A stretch of DNA of 64,000 nucleotides from Ostreococcus lucimarinus (lineage: Eukaryota): assembly GCA_000092065.1 (NCBI GenBank), contig CP000586.1. The stretch is one strand, 5' to 3'. This document shows, in pieces, positions 19,701 to 29,583 of this stretch. Numbering within the stretch: the stretch's first letter is position 1; each line of letters starts with the position of its first letter. The notes beneath the pieces are model-generated. The model did no database searches. It was not told the origin of the DNA and saw only the letters and a list, made by a program, of their open reading frames with translations. The position numbers were made by a program, and so were the translations under genes.

Positions 19701-20328
19701 ACGTCAAATGCTTCTGCGCCTCCGCCACGGCTTCGCCACTCGGGTCTGCGTCCGCATCGCCGTAGTCCAACTCGATCGCCGCGAAAATCGGATTGTCCAA
19801 TCCGCAATCTAACGCGCACATGTGAAACACGATCGTGTGCGACTTATTCGCCTCAAGCGGTGATGAAATAGTCAAGTTTGCCTCATTATCTCTGTTCATC
19901 ACGTACACCAGCTTATTCTTCTCCACCGCGCCCAGACAAATGGCTCGCCCCTTTGGGTCCGCGCACAAAAACTGCCCCGGCACGATCCTTCGGCATCCCG
20001 TCTTCCCATACGTCTCCTGATGCACCTTCACGAACGCATTCTTTTCCTTATCAAACTGCAGCACCACCACCCGACCGCTGTCGCTTCCGAGGACGAGATA
20101 ATCTCGATTCGCTCCCGCCAGGCGCAGCGTCGCGATCGACCGCGCGATCCCGAACGCCTCCACGCTCGTCACGCTCTGCACCCGTCCGCTCTCATCCGGT
20201 CGCAGCAGCTCGACGACCTTATTTCGCAGCACCACGATCTCCTGCGCCTTGCTCGCGCTGAAGTTTCCGTACACCGCGGCGTTGATTCCGCTCGACTTCT
20301 GCAGCGTGAGATTGTACAAGTGCACCAT
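16738..20328 (-). CDS. SF3B3: Splicing factor 3B subunit 3 (SF3b130/SAP130, Rse1)
   Basis: 1196 aa. MVHLYNLTLQKSSGINAAVYGNFSASKAQEIVVLRNKVVELLRPD closely matches human SF3B3 MFLYNLTLQRATGISFAIHGNFSGTKQQEIVVSRGKILELLRPD, and the CPSF_A/beta-propeller architecture runs throughout. ATG at 20328. Confidence 0.95.
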   Translation of the reverse strand: MVHLYNLTLQKSSGINAAVYGNFSASKAQEIVVLRNKVVELLRPDESGRVQSVTSVEAFGIARSIATLRLAGANRDYLVLGSDSGRVVVLQFDKEKNAFVKVHQETYGKTGCRRIVPGQFLCADPKGRAICLGAVEKNKLVYVMNRDNEANLTISSPLEANKSHTIVFHMCALDCGLDNPIFAAIELDYGDADADPSGEAVAEAQKHLTYYELDLGLNHVVRKWSEPIDNGANHLIPVPGGSDGPGGVLVCCENFVIYRHQNHDEVRAVIPRRNSLAADRGVLIVSSASHRSKNSFFFLAQSEYGDIYKLTIDYSGETVSEVKVKYFDTIPPCVSLCVLKTGFLFAASEFGNHALYQFAGIGDDDAVESSSASLMETEEGYEPVFFDPRPLTNLYTIDTIDSLCPVLDMQAHNLTEEEMPQLYTLCGTGARSSLRILRQGIAMNELAMSPLPGQPNAIFTVKKSSSEEYDSYIIVSFLNATLVLSIGDTVSEVNDSGILGTTTTLQACLMSDESLLQIHPGGLRHIKADKRINEWRTPGRKQISKCTCNSKQVVIALTGGEVIYFELDSAGQLIEVEKLETSGDIACLDIGPVPEGALRNRFLAMGSYDGTVRVMSLNPDDCLQTLAVQALKGSAPSSLLVLQTAGTESTQGGLLLNVGMANGVLIRATIDQVSGQLSDMRMRFLGARAPKLVRTSVRGAPALVALSSRPWLGYSEKGTFVLAPISYVPLEEVCSFNSEQCPEGVVAISNQTLRIASIERLGENFNQTTVKLRYTPRAMSANPDTKMVALIESDQCTVPVGEREGPEATPADEAPETNDEDEEEAKMLPVEQFGAPKSSPGTWAACVRIVDPKEAKSTFVLELHKSEAALSLCHVFLTGPNELLLAVGTAVNLTFAPRNCDGGFIHLYRYGNDGRTLNLVHSTPTDGPVGALCGYKGHLLAGVNNSLRIYDYGKKKLLRKVENRNFPNFITTLHAAGDRIYVGDVQESIHYVKYKADEGSIYIFADDTKPRYITATLPLDYDTLAGADKFGNIFVNRLPKDVSEDMDDDPTGGKNIYSQGVLNGAPNKSETSAQTYIGETVCALTKGALQPGGIEIIMYGTFMGGIGCLLPFSSRSEIEFFTHLEMHMRQEAPSIVGRDHMAFRSYYAPVKNVIDGDLCEQFGALPADVQRRIAEEMDRTPGEILKKLEQVRSVAI

Positions 20329-20565
20329 CGTTCAGCGCCCCGTTCGGTGCGTCCCCGCGCGCGTCGTTCGGTGCGTCCCCGCGCGGACGTTCACCCGTCG
20401 CGCGTTCGCGTCCGCGCGCCGAGGCTTGCGGCGATCGAGCGTCGCGCGCGTCGCAATGCGGTCGGGCGCATCCGATTTGTGACCTAGGCAAAGGCGGCTC
20501 GCCGCTCGACACAGCGCGACGCGCGTCTCCGACGCGCGCGCGCGAGCGAACGCGTCGAGACGGCG
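20329..20565. promoter_or_regulatory. Putative bidirectional promoter between SF3B3 (minus) and the RMND1-like gene (plus)
   Basis: 237-bp spacer between divergent verified ATGs. No motif was identified. Confidence 0.3.
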
Positions 20566-21840
20566 ATGTCGCGCGTCGTCGCGCGCGCGCTGGCGAGCGG
20601 CGGGCGATGCGCGCGCGCGACGACGATGGATGCGCGCGCATGGCTTTACGCGTCGACGACGGGACGCGTTCAAACGCGCGCGCCGGGGGCGATCTCGGCA
20701 ATCGCAGCGGTGCGAGAGGTGATGTGGACATCGAACGCGACGTACGCGACGCTGGCGAGGGATAAGCCCGGGAAAGGGAAGCGACAAGGGACGAATTATG
20801 GGATGGGGGACTCCATCTTGAAGCGCGGCGGCGGCGACGCGCGAGGGGAGCCGGGACGCGAACGAAGCGCGGTGAAGGGAGTGATGGATGTCGTGGGGGA
20901 TGAAAATGATGTTGTCGTGGACGCGGATGATTCGGGAGGCGTGCCGGCGGAGGGGACGAGCGCGTATGATTACATGTTGCCCGTGCGCGCGTACTACGTA
21001 GGGAGTACAATCGACGTGCGTGCGTTGGCGAAGCAAATGCCGGCGTATCCGAAAGAGTTTAATCGCGAAGGAGTGATCATACGAATGTCGCCGAAGAAAG
21101 TGGCAGAGTTACCGAGCATCGATGGCGACGCCCCGATACCGCCGGAGATGTTGAGTCGGTATTTGGTGGTGTTTAAGTTCGGGAGCGTGGTGTTTTACAA
21201 CATGGGGCACAAGGAGCGGGAGGAGTGTTTAAAGCTCGCGAGATCGTTCACGTCGACGCCTCTGGCGGTGCCAATGACGGATGATTATCGAGTCGTTGTC
21301 AGACCGACGCTCACGGACTGGGCGAGCCTAGAAAGCGATCATATTGTTCTGAAGAGGATGGATATAAACAACATTAGTGTCATCTCGAGCGTGCTGGCAC
21401 AAACTGTCGCGCTGGAACACTACGAGCAAAAAGTGGACGGGATGGTTGAGATTTTTAGTAAATTGAACAAGAGCACGGAGTTGACAGGGGACCTGAACAT
21501 TAGCAAGAAGCGCTTGTTCTCGTTAGTCGCCGAGAACAACAACACGCTGACGGAGTTAATTACGAAACTCGGTTTGTTGGGACGCTCCGACACCGCTTGG
21601 CAATACGCGCAGTATAATATTGTCTGGGAAGGCTTGCGTCAGGATTTCGAGCTCGAAGATAGGTTTCAAGATTTGGATTACAAGCTCAATCTCATTCAAA
21701 CCCAAGTGAAATTCTATTTGGAGATTCTACAGAATCGAAAGAGCGACGCGCTTGAGTGGATCATCATCGTACTCATTTCACTCGAGATTTGCGTCTCGCT
21801 GTACGACATGGCGGACAAAATTCCCCCAATTCCATGGTAG
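20566..21840 (+). CDS. RMD1: RMD1/RMND1 family (DUF155) protein, probably mitochondrial
   Basis: DUF155 core VRAYYVGSTIDVRALAKQMPAYPKEFNREGVIIRMS...YLVVFKFGSVVFYNMGHKEREECL...ISSVLAQTVALEHYE, with a C-terminal TM and an N-terminal R/A-rich presequence. Confidence 0.8.
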   Translation: MSRVVARALASGGRCARATTMDARAWLYASTTGRVQTRAPGAISAIAAVREVMWTSNATYATLARDKPGKGKRQGTNYGMGDSILKRGGGDARGEPGRERSAVKGVMDVVGDENDVVVDADDSGGVPAEGTSAYDYMLPVRAYYVGSTIDVRALAKQMPAYPKEFNREGVIIRMSPKKVAELPSIDGDAPIPPEMLSRYLVVFKFGSVVFYNMGHKEREECLKLARSFTSTPLAVPMTDDYRVVVRPTLTDWASLESDHIVLKRMDINNISVISSVLAQTVALEHYEQKVDGMVEIFSKLNKSTELTGDLNISKKRLFSLVAENNNTLTELITKLGLLGRSDTAWQYAQYNIVWEGLRQDFELEDRFQDLDYKLNLIQTQVKFYLEILQNRKSDALEWIIIVLISLEICVSLYDMADKIPPIPW

Positions 21841-21886
21841 CTGTTGTTGTAAATTATTTGAGCCACCGGCACGGTATATGTGTAAC

Positions 21887-23134
21887 TTAGTACTGCCGCG
21901 CCAAAAAGTCTTCGAGCTCCCTGTCCGCGGCAGCGTCGGCAATTTCGTCTGCGTTTGACCCTTTCCTTTTGACCTGCTTCGCCGGCAAATTTGATCGAAA
22001 CATGATAGGTTTTCCTGTCTTTTTATGAGCCGGCGCGCGCGCTCGTTCGAGCGAGCGCTGAAACCTCAACTCTTGCTCACGCTTTTGTTGACGTGCGCGT
22101 TCCTCTCGAGCCAAACGCCTACGCTCCTTTTCCTTTCGCTTTTCCAAATCAGCGACGATGTCTGGCGGTAACGTATCGATCGTCGCGAAATACTCTTCCA
22201 TTTTTGCTTCGATATTTGTCAACATTTGCAAAACGCTGATGCTCGGGTCGTAGTCAAACCCACAATCGACGTAGACTTCTGTGACACGCTTGGTCAATTC
22301 CTTCAGCTCGTTCTCGATCTCGTCTTCGTCGCCCGTATCGCCGCTCGTGAGCTGCTTTGACAATCGCTCGCCCTTACGTTCCTCCGCGTCGATTGCTTCT
22401 TGTAGTTGCTGGATTTGTTCGCGCAATGCGGTCATCTCCGTCTCCATTCGCGTCTTCGTGCTGGTGTGTTTAGATTGGACGGTTTGAAGCATCTCCTCCG
22501 CCTCTCGAACGCTCTGAATGAGAAACAAATTTTGTTCCTCCAACGCCGCAAAGGCGCGCAAAAGCTGCTCAGGCTGCGTGAAATACATCGGCGCATTGTC
22601 TTTCGCGTGCTGTTCGAACCACTCGCTCGGCGTCAACGCGTCCAAAAACTCCTTATACTTGTAACATTCCTTCAACTTTTCCTCCTTTCGATTCAGCTCT
22701 TGCGTCGCGCTCGCGATGTCGTTTTGCAAGCGTTTCATCTCCTTCATCTTTTCATGTTTCGCCCGCGCCTCGCGCTCCGCCGCGCTCACCGCTTCGCGCA
22801 CTTTCGCATCGTTATCCTTCAAAAATTCATCGAACCGCGCGTGATCCTCCTCGAGCATGCTCTCAGATTTCTTCAACGCCTCCTCCCGTCTCGCCGCCTG
22901 CGCCTCGAGCTTTCCAATCTCCTTCAACTTGTTATCGATGTCCATCTGCACCAAGAATATCTCCCGTTTCCGCGCCACGAACGCGCGCACCGATTCTCTT
23001 CCGTCCACTCGCGTCGTCTTCACCGCGCGCGCCGTCGCGCTCTCGCCGGGCACGATCGCGCGCGCGTCTCCGTCCACGCGCGCGATCGACGTTTCGTGTC
23101 CCCGTCCCGCGACCGTCCCGCTCGCGCGCGCCAT
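21887..23134 (-). CDS. DUF4200 coiled-coil protein (CFAP100/CFAP73/CCDC42-like, flagellar-associated)
   Basis: DUF4200 signature start REIFLVQMDIDNKLKEIGKLE followed by a long coiled coil. ATG at 23134. Confidence 0.5.
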   Translation of the reverse strand: MARASGTVAGRGHETSIARVDGDARAIVPGESATARAVKTTRVDGRESVRAFVARKREIFLVQMDIDNKLKEIGKLEAQAARREEALKKSESMLEEDHARFDEFLKDNDAKVREAVSAAEREARAKHEKMKEMKRLQNDIASATQELNRKEEKLKECYKYKEFLDALTPSEWFEQHAKDNAPMYFTQPEQLLRAFAALEEQNLFLIQSVREAEEMLQTVQSKHTSTKTRMETEMTALREQIQQLQEAIDAEERKGERLSKQLTSGDTGDEDEIENELKELTKRVTEVYVDCGFDYDPSISVLQMLTNIEAKMEEYFATIDTLPPDIVADLEKRKEKERRRLAREERARQQKREQELRFQRSLERARAPAHKKTGKPIMFRSNLPAKQVKRKGSNADEIADAAADRELEDFLARQY

Positions 23135-23324
23135 CGCGCGTCGTCCGCCGCGCGCGCGCGCGAACGCGCGTCGTCGTCGCGCGCGTCGTCCGAGTCGTGC
23201 GCGCGTCGTCGTCGCGCGTCGTCGCGGTCGTCGCGCGTCGCGCGGCTATTTTTGACGACTCGACGAATGTCACCATCGCGATTCGCGATGTCACCGACGC
23301 CCGCACACGACGACGCCGCGCGCC

Positions 23325-26300
23325 ATGTCGCGCGTCGACGGTGGCGCGCGCGCATCGCGCGTCGACGGCGGCGCCCGCGCGGCGCGCGCGCGGCCCGGCG
23401 CGCGCGCGCGCGCGAGAACGCCGGCGGCGACGGCGACGTCGCGCGCGCGTCCCGACGCCCGCGCGCGCCGCGCGCGCGCGCGCGACGTCTCGCGATGCGC
23501 CGCGCGAGACGTCAAGTTTTGCATCGATCGCGGCGGCACCTTCACGGACGTCTACGCGGAGATCCCGCGCGAGGGCGACGCGGGAGAGGTGGCGTTCGTG
23601 ACCCTGAAGCTGCTGAGCGAGGACCCGGCGAACTACGCGAGCGCGCCGAGGGAAGGCATACGACGCGTGCTGGAGACGGTGCACGGACGAGAGATAAAAA
23701 GAGATGAAAAAGTACCGACGGAAAGGATCGAATGGATACGCATGGGGACGACGGTGGGGACGAATGCGTTGCTGGAGAGAAAAGGCGCGGCGACGGCGTT
23801 GGTGACGACGCGCGGATTCGGAGACTTGTTGGCGATCGGAAATCAGGCGAGACCGGATATATTCGATCTCGCGATCGAGCGACCGGGGGCGTTGTACGAG
23901 CGCGTCGTGGAGGTGGACGAACGCGTGCGAGTTTTAGGGGAGGGGGAGCGCGCGCGAGGCGCGAGCGTCGTCGGCTCGACGGGGGAGACGGTGGAGATAT
24001 TGAAACCTTTGGATGTGGAGTCGCTTCGCCCGCGGTTGCGGGCGCTTTTAGACGACGGTATCACGTCTATATCAGTCGTGCTCTTGCATTCGTACACGTT
24101 CGATGAGCACGAACGCGCAATCGGCGCGTTGGCGCGCGAGATGGGATTCCAGCACGTCGCGTTGAGCAGCGCGCTCGTGCCGATGGTGCGCGCTGTGCCG
24201 CGAGGGCACACTGGGTCGGTCGATGCGTACTTGACGCCGTGCATTAGAACGTATATCGACTCCTTTCTGGACGGTTTCGACGAAGGCTTGCGCGACGTCA
24301 AGGTTAGTTTCATGCAATCGGACGGCGGGCTCACGCCGGCGGACAATTTTAGCGGCTATCAAGCCATTTTGAGTGGTCCCGCCGGTGGAGTCGTTGGGTT
24401 CGCTCTCACGACGAGCGCGGCGTTACGCGACGATGGCGACGACGGACGAACACCCATCATAGGCTTCGACATGGGTGGTACGAGCACGGATGTCAGTCGT
24501 TACGATCCGCGGGGCGGGTACGAACAAGTCACAGAGACGACGACGGCGGGCGTCACAGTGCAAGCGCCGCAATTAGATATCACGACCGTCGCCGCCGGTG
24601 GTGGTTCAGCCCTAACATTTCGTTCGAGGACGTTTTACGTTGGCCCAGAAAGCGTGGGATCTCAACCAGGTCCGGTGTGTTATCGCAAAGGAGGCGCGCT
24701 CGCCGTCACAGATGCGAACTTGGTCCTCGGGCGCATCCTCCCAGAATATTTCCCAAAGATATTCGGCCCGAACGAAGACGAAGCGCTGGACTATGAATCC
24801 TCTTACAAGGCATTTGAAGAAGTCACGGCGCGTATCAATGCCGAGACCGGAGAGAGTTTATCGGCTGAAGAGGTTGCGATGGGATTCTTGCGCGTCGCCA
24901 ATGAGGCAATGTGTAGGCCGATTCGCGAAATCACGGAGAGCAAAGGGTACGAAATTTCATCCCACGTTCTGGCCGCTTTCGGCGGTGCTGGACCGCAGCA
25001 CGCATGTGCAATCGCGCGCGATCTGGGAATGTCTACCGTCTTTGTACACAGATTTTGTGGTATTCTCTCGGCATACGGCATGGGCCTTGCCGACGTCGTC
25101 GCCGAGTCACAAGCTGCGTGCGCTGCGAAGTATGAAGACGCACAAGGATTGAAGCGAGCGATGGACGATATGATAGCACTGAAAGAAAAAGTGATATCGC
25201 AGCTCATTTCAGACGGACAGTTCGAAGCGAGTGCGGTGCGATGCGAATGCTTTCTCAATTTGAGATACGATGGCTCCGACACGGCTATGATGGTGCCCGA
25301 ACCAGACGATGGCGACTATGCGAAGGCATTCCGTGAACGCTTCGTGCGCGAGTACGGATTCGATTTAAAAGGGCGAGCATTACTGATAGATGACGTACGC
25401 GTGCGCGGAGTCGCGAATAACTCGCTGCTTACGCGCTTGCCCATCGCGTGCTGCAAACCGGGTGAAAAGCCGATTGCGAACACGAAAACGCGCGTCTACT
25501 TTGAGAACCTTGGTTGGTGCGAGACGCCGGTGTTTCAATTTGAAAGTTTGCTCGGTGGAATGTCCATTGAAGGACCTGCGATCATCATGAATGGGACATC
25601 GACGTGCGTGATTGAGCCGATTTGCGTCGGTCACGTGACAACGTACGGCGACTTGAAAATCACGGTGCCAAACGTCAAAGAGCAAAATGAAACCGTCGAA
25701 GCCGATTACTCTCGTGCCGATGCTATTTTGATTTCGATCTTTAGCAACAGATTTATGGGCATAGCCGAGCGCATGGGCCGAACGTTGCAACGCACAAGCG
25801 TGTCGACGAACATCAAGGAGAGGCTCGATTTTTCGTGCGCCATTTTCGGGCCAGACGGCGGACTTGTCGCGAACGCCCCGCACGTTCCGGTGCACTTAGG
25901 CGCAATGTCCTCGACCGTTTCTTGGCAACTCGAACACTGGGGATTTGACGGTTTGCACGAAGGCGACGTTCTTGTGACCAATCATCCACGTGCAGGTGGT
26001 AGTCACTTGCCTGACATCACCGTGGTCACGCCTGTATTCCGAGACGGGAGAATCGTGTTCTTCGTCGCCTCGCGAGGACATCACGCCGATGTCGGCGGTG
26101 CGACTCCAGGATCGATGCCACCATTTTCAAAAACAATCGCAGACGAAGGTGCCGCCATAAAAACGTTCAAACTCGTCGATCGTGGCGTGTATCAAGAGGA
26201 AGGCATAATCAAACTGCTGACAAAGCCAGATACTGGCAGTCGCGGTACGCGCAAGCTTGCCGATAACTTGAGCGATTTGAGCGCACAAGTTGCAGCGAAT

Positions 26301-27314
26301 CAGCGAGGCATTTCACTTTTGAACGAACTAATTGACGAGTGTGGGCTGGGTCAGGTACAGGCGTACATGAATCACGTACAAGACAACGCTGAGCTTGCTG
26401 TTCGCGACATGTTGAAAACTGCGGCGCAAAACGTCATTGACAATGCCACTCGTCTGGGCGCACAAGTGAACGGCGATAAAGTTACTCTCAGAGCACTCGA
26501 TAAAATGGACGACGGAAGCGAGGTGTGCTTGACGTTGACTCTTGACGCTGCCCATGGTACTGCTGATTTCGATTTCTCCGGCACGTCTCCCGAAGTGTCA
26601 GGAAATTGGAACGCGCCGCCGGCGGTGACAAACGCGGCGGTTATTTACAGCATTCGTTGTCTCGTCAAACAAGAAATTCCACTAAATCAAGGTTGTTTGA
26701 AACCAGTGACGATATCCGTGCCCAACGGATGCTTTCTTTCGCCCTCTGAGGATGCGGCCGTCGTCGGCGGAAACGTCCTCACGTCTCAGCGTGTGACAGA
26801 TGTCTGCCTCGCCGCATTCGGGGCTTGCGCGAACGCCCAAGGATGCATGAATAATTTGACGTTTGGCGATGATAACTTTGGGTATTATGAAACCATCGGT
26901 GGTGGCGCGGGTGCGGGGCCAGACTTTAACGGTGCTTCCGCGGTTCAGTGTCATATGACGAACACAAGAATTACAGATCCAGAAATTTTGGAGCGGCGAT
27001 ATCCAGTCATATTGCGCGAGTTCTCTATTCGTCAAGGCTCTGGCGGTGATGGAAATACGAAAGGTGGCGATGGAATCGTTCGTGAACTTGAGTTCCTGAA
27101 AGATGTCACCGTGAGTGTGTTGTCTGAACGGCGTATTTTTGCCCCAAAAGGTTTGGCGGGAGGCAACGACGGCGCACGCGGAGTAAACTCGCTGCGTCGC
27201 GTGAACGGCGAAGTTGTTGATTTAGGAGGTAAAAATTCCGTGCAAGTCTCCGCAGGCGACGTGTTAAGGATAGAAACGCCAGGCGGGGGTGGATATGGCA
27301 CGAAAATGAGTTGA
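23325..27314 (+). CDS. OPLAH: 5-oxoprolinase, ATP-hydrolysing (fused hydantoinase A/B)
   Basis: 1329 aa. FCIDRGGTFTDVYA matches the OPLAH N-terminus FAIDRGGTFTDVFA. HyuA and HyuB domains run throughout (DMGGTSTDVS, GGGSALTF..., VTNHPRAGGSHLPDITVVTP). ATG at 23325. The N-terminus has a tandem SRVDGGARA x2. Confidence 0.9.
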   Translation: MSRVDGGARASRVDGGARAARARPGARARARTPAATATSRARPDARARRARARDVSRCAARDVKFCIDRGGTFTDVYAEIPREGDAGEVAFVTLKLLSEDPANYASAPREGIRRVLETVHGREIKRDEKVPTERIEWIRMGTTVGTNALLERKGAATALVTTRGFGDLLAIGNQARPDIFDLAIERPGALYERVVEVDERVRVLGEGERARGASVVGSTGETVEILKPLDVESLRPRLRALLDDGITSISVVLLHSYTFDEHERAIGALAREMGFQHVALSSALVPMVRAVPRGHTGSVDAYLTPCIRTYIDSFLDGFDEGLRDVKVSFMQSDGGLTPADNFSGYQAILSGPAGGVVGFALTTSAALRDDGDDGRTPIIGFDMGGTSTDVSRYDPRGGYEQVTETTTAGVTVQAPQLDITTVAAGGGSALTFRSRTFYVGPESVGSQPGPVCYRKGGALAVTDANLVLGRILPEYFPKIFGPNEDEALDYESSYKAFEEVTARINAETGESLSAEEVAMGFLRVANEAMCRPIREITESKGYEISSHVLAAFGGAGPQHACAIARDLGMSTVFVHRFCGILSAYGMGLADVVAESQAACAAKYEDAQGLKRAMDDMIALKEKVISQLISDGQFEASAVRCECFLNLRYDGSDTAMMVPEPDDGDYAKAFRERFVREYGFDLKGRALLIDDVRVRGVANNSLLTRLPIACCKPGEKPIANTKTRVYFENLGWCETPVFQFESLLGGMSIEGPAIIMNGTSTCVIEPICVGHVTTYGDLKITVPNVKEQNETVEADYSRADAILISIFSNRFMGIAERMGRTLQRTSVSTNIKERLDFSCAIFGPDGGLVANAPHVPVHLGAMSSTVSWQLEHWGFDGLHEGDVLVTNHPRAGGSHLPDITVVTPVFRDGRIVFFVASRGHHADVGGATPGSMPPFSKTIADEGAAIKTFKLVDRGVYQEEGIIKLLTKPDTGSRGTRKLADNLSDLSAQVAANQRGISLLNELIDECGLGQVQAYMNHVQDNAELAVRDMLKTAAQNVIDNATRLGAQVNGDKVTLRALDKMDDGSEVCLTLTLDAAHGTADFDFSGTSPEVSGNWNAPPAVTNAAVIYSIRCLVKQEIPLNQGCLKPVTISVPNGCFLSPSEDAAVVGGNVLTSQRVTDVCLAAFGACANAQGCMNNLTFGDDNFGYYETIGGGAGAGPDFNGASAVQCHMTNTRITDPEILERRYPVILREFSIRQGSGGDGNTKGGDGIVRELEFLKDVTVSVLSERRIFAPKGLAGGNDGARGVNSLRRVNGEVVDLGGKNSVQVSAGDVLRIETPGGGGYGTKMS

Positions 27315-27353
27315 TTGTGATGAAGAATTGTTTTATAAAAATACATGTCGGGG

Positions 27354-28748
27354 TTACTCCGGAAGCGCCGTGCCTCGTTCCAGATTCGCCTTGATTTCCT
27401 TCGAGTATTTGTCGTAACTCTTCGCGAGCATTTTGTTGAACCGGTCGTTTCTGACGTTGATACCGTCGACGTCCTTTGCGGCGTGAGTCTTTTTTTCATG
27501 CGCCTCGGTTCTCTTGCGTTGCGCTGCGGAGATGCCTTGGGCTAAACGATCAATCGCATCTTGTGACGGCTTGTTCGTGTTGTGGTAAATGCTATCCGCA
27601 CCGCGATAAAAGTCCGGCACGCGCGCTTTTTGCGCTTCGTAATCACTCATATCGATTACCGCGTTGGCTCGCTCTCGTTCGTAGTTGGCGTATTGGCGCT
27701 CGGCGCTAAACTGTCCGGCGTCGCTGGGATCATACGTCTGCTTCTTTTTCCCTTTCTTACGACTCGCCTGTTCCATCGTCGCAGTGAGATGAATGGCGTT
27801 CGGATCGATACCTTGCTTCACTAGTGAGTCCGTGCGAGACTTATTCGAAGCTTCTCGAATCTTCCGCTTCTGTGCGTTGGCGTATTCGTCCGGCGCGTCG
27901 ACGCGCTTCTTCTCCTCCACCACCGCCGCCTGATTTTTCTTTCGTCCTTCGTTCAGCTTGAGCCGCAACTCGAAAAGCTTGCGCTGCTTCGCAGACATTC
28001 CAGCCGTAGGATCGACTGCGTCCGCACCTAAATGTTCCTCCACTACACCACCCGTCGCCGCGGCGCGCGCGGCCAAGGCTTCGGCCTCTGCCGCCGACTC
28101 CTTCAGGCGCCGCGCGGAAGCCGCGTCGGGGTTCTCTGCGCCCACCATTCGCGCTTCTTTATCCGCCAACCGCCTCTCAGCCGCTGCTTTAGCTAAGATT
28201 TCTTTACCAGCCTCCGTGAGTTCCTCTTCCTCGATCAGTTCCGCCGCGATCTCCCCGCACTCGACGATTTTCACCGTCTCCCTCGTCTTGCCCGACTTGG
28301 ACCCGCACGCCTCCACTCGTCGCACGACGTCCATCCCATCCACCACCGATCCGAACACGACGTGTTTCCCATCTAACCAAGGCGTGTCTCCGGTGCATAT
28401 AAAGAACTGCGATCCATTCGTGTGCGGTCCGGCGTTCGCCATGGACAACGTCCCCGCCCCCGCGTGCTTGAGCGTGAAATTCTCATCCCGAAATTTCGGC
28501 CCGTACACCGATTCCCCTCCCGTGCCGTCGTGATTCGTGAAGTCCCCGCCCTGAATCATAAAGTTCGGTATCACTCTGTGGAACGTGCTGTCGGCGTACG
28601 ACAGCCTGTGTCCGCGCTCGTTCGCGCAGAGCTGTCGGAAATTCTCACAGGTTTTCGGCACGACGTCGCTTCGGAGCTCAATCGTGATCCTCCCGACGCG
28701 TTCGCGACCGATCGCGACGTCGAAAAAGACGCGCGGCAGCGGCGACAT
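27354..28748 (-). CDS. Cyclophilin (PPIE-type PPIase domain) fused to splicing factor SYF2
   Basis: N-terminal CLD domain ([34 protein letters not shown]...[20 protein letters not shown]...[22 protein letters not shown]). The C-terminal 250 aa are collinear with human SYF2 ([17 protein letters not shown], ...[33 protein letters not shown] versus [33 protein letters not shown]). It is one continuous ORF. The first ATG is at 28748 (cat 28746-28748); the track start at 28841 is GTG. Confidence 0.8.
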   Translation of the reverse strand: MSPLPRVFFDVAIGRERVGRITIELRSDVVPKTCENFRQLCANERGHRLSYADSTFHRVIPNFMIQGGDFTNHDGTGGESVYGPKFRDENFTLKHAGAGTLSMANAGPHTNGSQFFICTGDTPWLDGKHVVFGSVVDGMDVVRRVEACGSKSGKTRETVKIVECGEIAAELIEEEELTEAGKEILAKAAAERRLADKEARMVGAENPDAASARRLKESAAEAEALAARAAATGGVVEEHLGADAVDPTAGMSAKQRKLFELRLKLNEGRKKNQAAVVEEKKRVDAPDEYANAQKRKIREASNKSRTDSLVKQGIDPNAIHLTATMEQASRKKGKKKQTYDPSDAGQFSAERQYANYERERANAVIDMSDYEAQKARVPDFYRGADSIYHNTNKPSQDAIDRLAQGISAAQRKRTEAHEKKTHAAKDVDGINVRNDRFNKMLAKSYDKYSKEIKANLERGTALPE

Positions 28749-28885
28749 CGCGTTCGCTTCGGCGCTCGGCGCGACTGAACCTCGCGCGCGCGTCGCTTTG
28801 ACGCGCGTTCGGTGCGCGGCGACCGCCGCCACGAGTGACACGCCATAACGCGCCGCACCGCGCGCGCCGCGCGTCGTTCGTCGCC

Positions 28886-29488
28886 ATGGGTAAAAATCGC
28901 TTGAAAACCAAGCAATTCGCCGCGGTGAAGCGGATGATTAACCCGAAAGACATCGCCAAGCAGCGCAAAGGCGCGGACAAGTCGGGCGAATCGAACAAGC
29001 GGAAAAACAGAGACGAAATCAAACTCAAACGCGTCGAAACGCAGTCGAGCGCGCTGTTCGGGAAGTACAACGCGCTGCTGAAGCCGCCGTATAACGTCAT
29101 CGTCGATACGAACTTCATAAACTTCAGCATCAAGAATAAGATCGATCTGATGAAAGGGATGATGGATTGCCTGTACGCGGAGTGCGTGCCGCACATCACG
29201 GATTGCGTCATGGCGGAGCTGGAAAAGCTTGGACAAAAGTATCGCGTCGCGCTGCGAATCGCGAAAGATCCAAGATTCGAACGGTTGCCGTGCTCGCACA
29301 AGGGAACGTACGCGGATGATTGCATATGCGAGAGGGTGCGACAACATCGATGTTACATCGTGGCGACGTGCGACACGGATTTAAAGCGACGCATTCGGAA
29401 AATTCCAGGGGTGCCGATCATGTTCATGGGGAATCATAAGTACACCATCGAGCGATTGCCGGACGCGGGTGGGATCGGGAACTCGTGA
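28886..29488 (+). CDS. FCF1: rRNA-processing PIN-domain protein FCF1/UTP24
   Basis: [17 protein letters not shown]...[63 protein letters not shown]...[12 protein letters not shown] is near-identical in pattern to yeast Fcf1. The track start at 28835 is GTG and the ATG is at 28886. Confidence 0.85.
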   Translation: MGKNRLKTKQFAAVKRMINPKDIAKQRKGADKSGESNKRKNRDEIKLKRVETQSSALFGKYNALLKPPYNVIVDTNFINFSIKNKIDLMKGMMDCLYAECVPHITDCVMAELEKLGQKYRVALRIAKDPRFERLPCSHKGTYADDCICERVRQHRCYIVATCDTDLKRRIRKIPGVPIMFMGNHKYTIERLPDAGGIGNS

Positions 29489-29583
29489 GCGAGTTGGACG
29501 TCGTTTCGAGTAGCTTAGCTTTTGTACATCATCGTGTGATAACATCGTCGAGCGGGCGGTTGGCGCGCGCCACTGCGAGCCGC

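Noticed and set aside
20219-21036. Two 230-260-aa minus ORFs overlapping the RMND1-like gene and the SF3B3 5' end
   Set aside because: Antisense GC-driven ORFs with proline/arginine-rich low-complexity sequence. The sense-strand genes have strong homology.
22406-23707. 433-aa plus ORF and 250-aa minus ORF across the CFAP-like/OPLAH divergent region
   Set aside because: Arginine-rich antisense translations. The real genes, the DUF4200 protein and OPLAH, have domain support on the other strand or frame.
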